From contig OX597839.1 in the NCBI GenBank assembly GCA_951406725.2, positions 36,828,001 through 36,892,000 on the forward strand: 64,000 nucleotides of DNA, written 5' to 3'. The DNA is from Octopus vulgaris. Taxonomy: Eukaryota. The position numbers and the translations under genes are program-made. Within the stretch, counting starts at the first letter, position 1; every line of letters starts with the position of its first letter. Below are positions 53,068 to 64,000 of this stretch, piece after piece. The notes beneath the pieces are model-generated. The model saw only the letters and a list, made by a program, of their open reading frames with translations. It ran no database searches and had not been told where the DNA came from.

Positions 53068-53281
53068 ATGGCGAGCTGGCAGAAACGTTAGCACGCCGGG
53101 TGAAATGCGTGGCCGTATTTCGTCTGTCATACGTTGTGAGTTCAAATTCCGCCGAGGTCGACTTTGCCTTTCATCCTTTCGGGGTCGATAAATAAAGTAT
53201 CAGTTACGCAATTGACTTAATCCCTTTGTCTGTCCTTGTTTGTCCCCTCTATGTCTAGCCCCTTGTGGGCAATAAAGAAAT
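53068..53281 (+). mobile_element. Young Deu/Nin-like SINE with a ~20 bp internal deletion
   Basis: tggcgagctggcagaaacgttagc head, gagttcaaattcc B-box, gactttgcctttcatcctttcggggtcgataaa core. Confidence 0.88.
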
Positions 53282-53420
53282 ATATATATATATATATATT
53301 TATGTGTTTATATATATATATATATTTGTGTTTACATATATATATATATTTGTGTTTACATATATATATATATTTGTGTTTACATATATATATATTTGTG
53401 TTTACATATATATATATTTG

Positions 53421-53459
<39 letters not shown>

Positions 53460-53494
53460 GTTTATATATATATATATATATATACATATATGTA

Positions 53495-54535
53495 TGGAAC
53501 TAACTTGGAAGAGGATATGTGTTGTCCAATCATATAATAATATAAAATATATATGATGGCTGCCCCCTCATTATCGAGAATGGCCATTGCACGAAGCTCA
53601 ACTGTTATTGGTGCTGTGATTGAATGTTAATTTTATTTGCATTTTAAGGCTACAGCCAGCCAATCAGTTGAGACTAACAGCACTATCATGAACAATGTTA
53701 TCCTGTGATGCCTGTGCAAGAAGATTTTTTTTAAAGTGAGGAATGGCTGTGCACTGAATCAATCCCACTCACTAAGCAAGAGCAGCCATAATCTGAAAAG
53801 AAGAACAAGTCGATATCATCGGTAAGCACTGAGCCGCAGCTTTTATGTTGGAGTCATCCCAGTTTCCTGAGTTACTTTCTCCTAGAAGGATGCCCTAACA
53901 AAGGCTAGGAGTCCTTCTGAAAAGAAGAACAAGTTGACATCATCGGTAACAACTGATCCGCAGGTTTTATGTCGGAGTTATCCCTGTTTCCTGAGTTACC
54001 TTCTCCTAGAAGGATGCCCTAACAAAGGCTAGGAGTCCTTCACTCCCAATGGTTTAACTGCGCGATCGGGTATTCAATCCGATTATTTCTATGTCCCCGC
54101 TCATGAAAATTACACTTTTATTGGATGGCCGAACAAGTTGATATCATCGGTAAGCACTGAGCCGCAGCTTTTATGTTGGAGTCATCCCAGTTTCCTGAAG
54201 GATGCCCTAACAAAGGCTAGGAGTCCTTCACTCCCAATGTTTTAACCGCGTGATCGGGTATTCAGTCCGATTATTTCTATGTCCCTGCTCATGATACTGC
54301 CTTAGGCCATAAGAAAAAAAAAAAAAAAATTACACTTTTATTGGATGGCCGTTGACTCTCGCAAGAGTTCCTCCACCCTTCGATGGGTTTTGTTTTTTGG
54401 CCCGCAGGGTGTCCAGTAAACACCCTCCTCACCAAGCAAGCTTGGTGGTGTTGCCGGTTTAGTCATCGACGAGTCGACCATGCAACAGGTTGTACTGGGT
54501 TACATGTTACCAGTAGCACTCGAAAGTGACCTGAC
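53495..54535 (-). mobile_element. Second copy of the RTE-like leader, with internal tandem duplications
   Basis: Homologous to 43132-43803; the aacaagt.ga.atcatcggtaa block occurs three times (~53805, 53930, 54133). Confidence 0.6.
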
Positions 54536-54894
54536 ACAATATACATATATATGCATACATATATATATATCATCATCATCGTTTAACGTCCGTTGTCCAT
54601 GCTAGCATGGGTTGGACGGTTCGACCGGGGATCTGGGAAGCCAGAAGGCTGTGCCAAGCTCCAGGCTTATCTGGCAATGTTTCTACAGCTGGATGCCCTT
54701 CCTAACGCCAACCACTCCGTGAGTGTAGTGGGTGCTTTTTACGTGCCACCTGCACAGGTGCCAGGCGAGGCTGGCAACGGCCACGGTCGGATTGGTGTAT
54801 TTTACGTGCCACCAGCACGGAGGCCAGTCAAGGCGGCGCTGGCATCGGCCACAAGTCGGATAGTGCTTTTTATACATATATACATACATATACA

Positions 54895-54925
<31 letters not shown>

Positions 54926-55291
54926 GTATATATACATATACACATATATATATATGTATATATACATATACACATATATATATATATATACATATACACA
55001 TATATATATATATACATATACACATATATATATATATATATACATATACACATATATATATATATATATACATATACACATATATATATATATATATAAC
55101 ATATACACATATATATATATATATATATAAATATACACATATATATATATGTATATATACATATACACATATATATATATATATACATATACACATATAT
55201 ACATATATACATACATATATACATATATATATATATACATACATATATACACATATATATATATATACATATACACATATATATACATACA

Positions 55292-55322
<31 letters not shown>

Positions 55323-55595
55323 TAATATCAACATGCCTAAGTATAATTATGTATGTGCATGCAACATGTGGATGGACAGATATAATCATATACATACATA
55401 CACACAAATACAGAAGCACATTTACATACACACACACAAATATAATAGTGTATGTCAACAGACAGATGAATGAATAGATAAACAAATATATTTATCTATA
55501 TTTTTATATATATATATATATATATAATGTGACCTCGTGTGTACCGTTGGTGATTTTTTTCTGTCTTCCCTTCTCTGGATCTTTCCTTCTCCTAT

Positions 55596-55630
55596 GTTTC
55601 CGACGAAGAGCTACGCTCGAAACGTTAAAC
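55596..55630 (+). ncRNA. Very minimal hammerhead-like motif (Penelope type) within a ~200 bp element (55526-55722)
   Basis: GUUU CCGACGA A GAGC-UAC-GCUC GAAACGUU|AAAC; stem III reduced to palindromic ACGU. Confidence 0.5.
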
Positions 55631-55718
55631 CCTTCTTTCCTGAGTGTCCAATAATACTATATTTGTTCCACGTCCTCGCGTTGTTGTGTTTTTTTTGTGT
55701 TTTCTTGTTTGGATTAAC

Positions 55719-55750
<32 letters not shown>

Positions 55751-55851
55751 AATATATAAAATATTATCAGAGACAAAACCACTATTTTGCAAAACAAACA
55801 AGGAAAGACTTAATCAATACATAAAATTTTAATAAATAGTCAAAAAAACCG

Positions 55852-55894
55852 CCACTACAATCGTTTCTTGTCTTGATCGACAATCTTCAGGTGG
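55852..55894 (-). ncRNA. Type I hammerhead ribozyme fold within a ~170 bp element (55750-55920)
   Basis: Minus RNA: CCAC CUGAAGA UUGUC-GAUCAA-GACAA GAAA C-GAUU-G UA|GUGG; canonical CUGANGA/GAAA core, GUA triplet. Confidence 0.8.
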
Positions 55895-56277
55895 ACTTCC
55901 AATAAGTCAGTTTCAAATTATATATATATGTATACACATGCACACATTTATACATACATATATATAAATTATGTGTGTAGATGGACGGACAGGTGGACAA
56001 ACAGACAGACACACACAGAGATGGCAGGCTGGATAAATAATATGAATATATAGGTGGGTGTGCATGTATATACACTTAAGTAGATAAGTATGCATAAATA
56101 TATCTGTAAATATAAATATCATACATACATACATTCACACATGCACAAAGAACATTTCAAGTTCCTGTCTCTCAAAAATACATTTGAAGGCTGTTCAAAA
56201 TCTGTTTGTGTCAAGACAGTGACAAGACAAGGTCGGCTGATATTCATTTGTTGAAAATTCCTGCATGAAATGTATGG

Positions 56278-56316
<39 letters not shown>

Positions 56317-56424
56317 TGTATGTGTATAGATGTATATATACATGCATATATGTATGTATATATATATATATATACATTCATATATGTGTATATATATACA
56401 TGCATATATGTATATATACATGCA

Positions 56425-56460
<36 letters not shown>

Positions 56461-56743
56461 TGCATATATATATATATATGCATGTATATATGCATGTATA
56501 TATATATATATATATATGCATCTATATATATATATAGGAACTGAAACATGTTATAATGTATTTATAAAAATTAAAAATTGTATAATACAGCAGCATTTTC
56601 GAACTTCATTTTTTACAAATATATATATATATATACATATATGCATGTATATATATATATATATACATATATGCATGTATATGCATGTATATATACATAT
56701 ATGCATGTATATATATATATATATATATACACATATATGAATG

Positions 56744-56781
<38 letters not shown>

Positions 56782-57518
56782 CACATACATATATATGCAT
56801 GTATATATACATATATGCATGTATGTATATATATATATATACATGCATATATATATATATATATGCTTATATATATAAATGCATATATATATATATATAT
56901 ATATGCTTATATATATAAATGCATATATATATATATATATATATAGATATACATATGTAGGCACAGGATTTCTTGAAATGTGTATATATATATATATATA
57001 TATATAAATATTTATATATATAGCGTTGAAATCAAAATCAATGACTGGCATCCGTGCTAGTGGAGTGCTAAGAGTACCATATGAGCGTGATTGTTGCCAA
57101 GGCAACAGGTGGGCCTCCGTGCCAGTGGCACATGACAGTCACCATTCGAGCGTGATTATTACCTGCGTCGCCTTACTAACACTTGTCCTGGTGGGACGTG
57201 AACAAAACATTCGAACGAGGTCATTGCCAGTGCCGCTGGACTGGCTCCTGTGCAGGTGGCACACAAAAAGCACCATTTGAGTGTGGCCATTGCCAATACT
57301 GCCTGACTGGCCTTCGTGCTGGTGGCATGTAAAAGCACCCACTACACTCTCGGAGTGGTTGGCGTTAGGAAGGGCATCCAGCTGCAGAAACTCTGCCATA
57401 TCAGACTGCAATCTGGTGCAGCCATCTGGTTCGCCAGACCTCAGTCAAATCATCCAGCCCATGTCAGCATGGAAAGCAGATATTAAACGATGATGATGAT
57501 ATTTATATCTAGCCAAAG

Positions 57519-57552
<34 letters not shown>

Positions 57553-57952
57553 TTGTGTGTGTGTAAATATATATATATATATAACGTCATTATCATCATC
57601 ATCGTTTAACATCCGTTTTCTGTGCTAGCATGGCTTGGACGGTTTGACCGGGGTCTGGGAAGCCAGTAATTTGCACCAGGCTCCAGTCTGATCTGGCAGT
57701 GTTTCTACAGCAGGATGCCCATCCTAACGCCAACGACTCTGTGAGTGTAGTGGGTGCTTTTTATGTGAGAAAGCGTGCTGGCAGCGGCCACGATCGGTTA
57801 GTGCTTTTTACATGCCACCGGCACAGAACCCTGTCAGGGCGATGCTGGCATCGGCCACGTTCGGATGGTGCTTTTACATGCCATATATATATATATATGA
57901 ATGTTTATATATATATATATATATATATATTTTTATGTGTTTTTATATATAT

Positions 57953-59089
57953 ACTAGCAGCATAGCCCGGGTATGTAAGAAACTTTGTCGATAAGCAATG
58001 CCCTTTACCCTTTTTTGTACTCATTGAACCGTTATTTTGTAAAATGAAGCCTAAAACGCATTAAGGTATTCAAGGCACCGTTCCCTTGCATGCATGAAGA
58101 AAATCTATGACAGTCAAAGTGCATTTTCTGGTTTTGTTTAGCACATCCAACCCAGTTCTGCGGGATCAGTGTCGCGACGGGAACACATCGGTTGGGAGTT
58201 TGACCGGCAGAGGTGAAAAGGTTGCACATGCCGGCCCTTTTGACACTGCCCCCACGAACACAAGTTGGGTTCGGACTACAGCTAAGCCCTACCTAATCCT
58301 AACTTAAGTCTAGTGAAAGGGGGCTCGGGAGCCTGTAGTAGGCAACGACTAATCCCGATCTAGTCCTTTCCTCTAGGGAACAAAGGCACATGTGTGCCTG
58401 AAATCCGCAAAATATTTAACAAAAGTCAGTTTTGTTGGGTTTGCATGGTCGGTCTCGAAGTGATATGGTTTTATCGATTTCTCCCAATACTTGTTAACTG
58501 CATTGACAAAAGGTCATTAGTTTGACATTTAATGCAAACTTGATGTCCAACATCGGTGTAGGGAAAATCTATATGAACTTTCAAAAAATATCGCAGAAAA
58601 ATCAGCTTTCTTTGTGTGCCATAAATGATGTAATTAACCGATTTTTTCCAGTAATAACGTATCCTATTGGAATCAAAAGGGCCATATAGCTCCTTGTGCT
58701 ATATGCTGCTCGCTGTGAATTTCAAAAAATATTCCTGCCAATTAGTTAAAGATATTGTTGAAAATATTTCATGTTGAATTTGAACGCGATTTCCCAAAAT
58801 GGCATGAATTTTTCGATTTTTTCTGATGGTAAGGTATTGCATGGAAAACTAACGTTAGAATTAAGTTCCTTAGGGTAACATTAAGTATCACCATGAGTTT
58901 GGTGAAAATCGATTGAAAGTTGCGAAAACTACAACGGAAAATGTGATGCATATGATAAGCTTAGATTCTCGACCCGATGTCGAATTTATAGATTTTTTTT
59001 CAGAACTAGGGGAACTTTTCAAAATTTTCACTGCGTTAGTTTAGAATTATGACATTGGGCTATGTGTGTGTCAAGTTTCATTAGAATCA
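57953..59089 (+). mobile_element. Longest copy of the DINE-1/Helentron-like element, including its putative left end
   Basis: Starts actagcagcatagcccggg after (TA)n; distal 600 bp equals the segment repeated at 48853, 50358 and 51674. Confidence 0.55.
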
Positions 59090-59867
59090 GAGTTCGTTGC
59101 CAGAGCAACAAGCTGGCCTCCGTGCCGGTTGCACATAAAAAACACCAATCGAGCGTGATCATTACCTGCGTCACCTTACTAGCACTTGTACTGGTGGCAC
59201 CTGAACAAAACATTCGAACGAGGTCATTGCCAGTGCCGCTGGACTGACTCCTGTGCAGGTGGCACATAAAAGGCAGCATTTGAACGTGGCCGTTGCCAAT
59301 ACTGCCTGACTGGCCATCGTGCTAGTGGCGCGTAAAAGCAACCACTACACTGCCAGAGTGGTTGGCGTTAAGGAGGGCATCCAGCTGTAGAAACTCTGTG
59401 AGATCAGACTGCAATCTGGTGCAGCCATCTGGTTCGCCAGACCTCGGTCAAATCATCCAGCCCATGACAGCATGAAAAGCAGACATTAAATGATGATGAT
59501 ATTTATATCTAGCCAAAGATGTATATGTATATATATATATATGTGTGTGTTTGTGTGTGTGTAAATATATACATATATAACATCATCATCGTTTAACGTC
59601 CGTTTTCCGGGCTAACATGCCTTGGACGGTTAGACCGGGGTCTGGGAAGCCAGGAATCTGCACCAAGCTCAAATCTGATCTGGCAGTGGTTCTACAGCAG
59701 GATGCCCTTTCTAACGCCAACCACTCTGTGAGTGTAGCGGGTGCCTTTTATGTTCCAGGGTAGGCTGGCAGCGGCTACGATCAGTTAGTGCTTTTTACGT
59801 GCCACCGGTACAGAAGCCAGTCAAGGCGGTGCTGGCATCAGCCACGTTCGGATGATGCTTTTTACAT

Positions 59868-59903
<36 letters not shown>

Positions 59904-60024
59904 TATATATTTATATATAAGTGCTTGTGTTTATATCTATATATATATATATATATGCTATATATATATATATGTTTTATATACATACATACATATATTT
60001 ATGTGTATATATATATATATTTGT

Positions 60025-60374
<350 letters not shown>

Positions 60375-60668
60375 TCATCATCATTTAGCATCCGCTTTCA
60401 ATGCTAGCATGGGTTGGACGGTTCAACTGGGGTCTGTGAAGCCAGGAGGCTGAACCAGGCTCCAGTCTGATCTGGCAGTGTTTCTACGTCTTGATGCCCT
60501 TCCTAACACCAACGACACCGTGAGCGTAGTGGGTGCTTTTTACATGCCACCAGCACAGGTGCCAGACGCAGCTGGCAAACGGCCAAGGACGGATGGTGCT
60601 TTTTACTTGCCACTGGCACTGAGGCCAGGCGAGTATGGCAACGGCCACAATCGGATGGTGCTGGTTAT

Positions 60669-61438
60669 AGGTGAGGCGGCTAAAGAAGTCCACTTGTTCG
60701 TTCACTTGTCTGTGTTCCAACAGTGGTAAAGACACTTTTGAACTGGTCATTCAGCATCTCACTGATCATAGTTGGACTGTCTGTGAGGGAGCCATCCTTT
60801 TGGAGGAGGGGTCCTATCTTGTAGTGCACTGAGACTGTTTCTTTCGCATAATGAAAGAAGGCCTTTGGGTTTGATTTAATGGTTTTTATAACCCAGGCTT
60901 CTTTGTCTGCTTTCTCCTTCACATAGGATTGTTGCAGCCTTTTTTCGATCTCCATCAGTGTTGTTTTTAGGCGGGACGTTTCGCTACTTTTGGGATGTTG
61001 GTTGAGACGATTTGCAACCTTCGTCCTTCGTCTCATGAGGATCTTCCTATCTCTTGGAATCTTGCTCCTATTTGTTTTGGCCTTGTGCTCTGGGACATAT
61101 TTCTGGCATACGGCTTGCACAGAAGACATGAAACATTCTAGTTTCATGTCAATGTCTGGTGTGGAGAGACATTCCGGCCAGGCCTCTCTGAGGATCTCTA
61201 TTTGGATCGATTTCCAATCTGCTTTGTGGAAGTTCAGATTGGAGAGATTTCGGGTGCTTCCTGTAGGCTGTATGTCTCTGGTTACTTTCGGCCCAAACAT
61301 AGATAGCTCTATTATGTTGTGATCCGAAACTGATGTCGGTGTCACTTTCACATCATGAATGATGTCCATATTGTTCGTGAAGCAGAGATCCAGAATGTTA
61401 TTCGCCCTAGTTGGCTTGAGTACAACATGCTCCATGAA
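60669..61438 (-). mobile_element. Internal CR1-clade LINE ORF2 fragment (AP-endonuclease C-terminus plus linker), open frame
   Basis: PTRANNILDLCFTN, SDHN, NFHKADW, KSNPKAFF, LNDQFKSVFT. Confidence 0.9.
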
Positions 61439-62561
61439 TAATATATATATATATATAAATATACATGCATATATATATATGTGCATATATGTTATTACGC
61501 CGCCACTCAGGATCCTAGGCCTTCCGATTCCACCATGGGCCCCAAGTCGCGAAGCCGATGCTCGGTAAACCAGAAATTCAAAATAGGAAGGGGATGCATA
61601 TATATGTATGTACATGTACATACTTACATCTATATATATATATATGCATATGTAGGCACAGGACCTCACAAAACATGTGTGTATATATATATATATATAT
61701 ATATGTTTATATATATAGCCTTGAAATCAACATCAAAATCAACGATTGGCATCCGTGCTAGTGGAGTGCTAAGAGTACCATATGAGCGTGATCGTTGCCA
61801 GGGCAACAGGTTGGCCTCCATGCCGGTGGCACATAAAAAACACCATTCGAGCTTGATCATTACCTGCGTCACCTTACTAGCACTTGTACTGGTGGCACCT
61901 GAACAAAACATTCGAACGAGGTCATTCCCAGTGCCGCTGGACTGACTCCTGTGCAGGTGGCACATATAAGGCAGCATTTGAACGTGGCCGTTGCCAATAC
62001 TGCCTGACTGGCCATCGTGCTAGTGGCGCGTAAAAGCAACCACTACACTGCCGGAGTGGTTAGGCGTTAAGGAGGGCATCCAGCTGTAGAAACTCTGTGA
62101 GATCAGACTGCAATCTGGTGCAGCCATCTGGTTCGCCAGACCTCGGTCAAATCATCCAGCCCATGACAGCATGAAGAGCAGACATTAAATGATGATGATA
62201 TTTATATCTAACCAAAGATGTATATGTATATATATATATGTGTGTGTTTGTGTGTGTGTAAATATATACATATATAACATCATCATCGTTTAACGTCCGT
62301 TTTCCGGGCTAACATGCCTTGGACAGTTAGACCGGGGTCTGGGAAGCCAGGAATCTGCACCAAGCTCAAATCTGATCTGGCAGTGGTTCTACAGCAGGAT
62401 GCCCTTTCTAACGCCAACCACTCTGTGAGTGTAGCGGGTGCCTTTTATGTTCCAGGGTAGGCTGGCAGCGGCTACGATCGGTTAGTGCTTTTTACGTGCC
62501 ACCGGCACAGAAGCCAGTCAAGGTGGTGCTGGCATCAGCCACGTTCGGATGATGCTTTTTA

Positions 62562-62594
<33 letters not shown>

Positions 62595-62784
62595 GATATA
62601 CATTTATATATAAGTGCTTGTGTTTATATCTATATATATATATGCTATATATATATATGTTTTATATACATACATATATATTTGTGTTTTTATATATATA
62701 TATATATTTGTGTTTTTATATATATATATTTGTGTTTTTATATATATATATATATTTGTGTTTTTATATATATACATATATTTG

Positions 62785-62823
<39 letters not shown>

Positions 62824-62826
62824 GTG

Positions 62827-62990
<164 letters not shown>

Positions 62991-62996
62991 TGTGTG

Positions 62997-63051
<55 letters not shown>

Positions 63052-63344
63052 TCATCATCATTTAGCATCCGTTTTCCATGCTAGCATGGGTTGGACGGTT
63101 CAACTGGGGTCTGTGAAGCCAGAAGGCTGCATCAGGCCCAGTCTGATCTGGCAGTGTTTCTACGGCTTGATGCCCTTCCTAACACCAACGACACCGTGAG
63201 TGTAGTGGGTGCTTTTTACATGCCACCAGCACAGGTGCCAGACGCAGCTGGCAAACGGCCAAGGACGGATGGTGCTTTTTACTTGCCACTGGCACTGAGG
63301 CCAGGCGAGTATGGCAACGGCCACAATCGGATGGTGCTGGTTAT

Positions 63345-64000
63345 AGGTGAGGCGGCTAAAGAAGTCCACTGGTTCGTTCACTTGTCTGTGTTCCAACAGT
63401 GGTAAAGACACTTTTGAACTGGTCATTCAGCATCTCACTGATCATAGTTGGACTGTCTGTGAGGGAGCCATCCTTTTGGAGGAGGGGTCCTATCTTGTAG
63501 TGCACTGAGACTGTTTCTTTCGCATAATGAAAGAAGGCCTTTGGGTTTGATTTAATGGTTTTTATAACCCAGGCTTCGTTGTCTGCTTTCTCCTTCACAT
63601 AGGATTGTTGCAGCCTTTTTTCGATCTCCATCAGTGTTGTTTTTAGGCGGGACGTTTCGCTACTTTTGGGATGTTGGTTGAGACGATTTGCAACCTTCGT
63701 CCTTCGTCTCATGAGGATCTTCCTATCTCTTGGAATCTTGCTCCTATTTGTTTTGGCCTTGTGCTCTGGGACATATTTCTGGCATACGGCTTGCACAGAA
63801 GACATGAAACATTCTAGTTTCATGTCAATGTCTGGTGTGGAGAGACATTCCGGCCAGGCCTCTCTGAGGATCTCTATTTGGATCGATTTCCAATCTGCTT
63901 TGTGGAAGTTCAGATTGGAGAGATTTCGGGTGCTTCCTGTAGGCTGTATGTCTCTGGTTACTTTCGGCCCAAACATAGATAGCTCTATTATGTTGTGATC
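63345..64000 (-). mobile_element. Duplicate of the CR1 ORF2 fragment, running off the window end
   Basis: Near-identical to 60669-61324 at offset 2676; K/N difference at KAD(K/N)EAW. Confidence 0.9.

Noticed and set aside
60680-61669. 329 aa ORF as a host protein-coding gene
   Set aside because: The N-terminal ~75 aa come from microsatellite and array spacer; the remainder is an internal LINE ORF2 fragment.

Overview
AT-rich, repeat-dense animal genomic DNA. The SINE/RTE repeat repertoire and (TA)n/(CA)n load resemble a coleoid cephalopod such as Octopus; this is an inference from pattern familiarity, not a search. Bases 122-11338 (+) hold the last eight exons of an M13 zinc metallopeptidase of the endothelin-converting-enzyme (ECE) type, with NAYY, HELTH, GENIAD and terminal CEVW motifs. 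A possible ATG-bearing exon of a second gene lies at 28358-28479. The rest is transposon-derived: tRNA-headed SINEs (CORE-like, Deu/Nin-like and others), RTE, Tx1 and CR1 LINE fragments, mariner remnants and Helentron/DINE-like elements. From about 41.3 kb to the end there is a complex tandem array of nine units, each built around the same tail-to-tail inverted pair of RTE 3' ends. The most notable signals are three unrelated ~170-200 bp elements inserted in (TA)n tracts, each carrying a minimal type I hammerhead ribozyme fold (two with a CCGACGA core variant); a highly structured, partly HDV-like RNA at the 5' end of an RTE-like leader; and several near-perfect hairpins. Repeat boundaries were read by eye and are approximate; exon and ribozyme coordinates were counted base by base.
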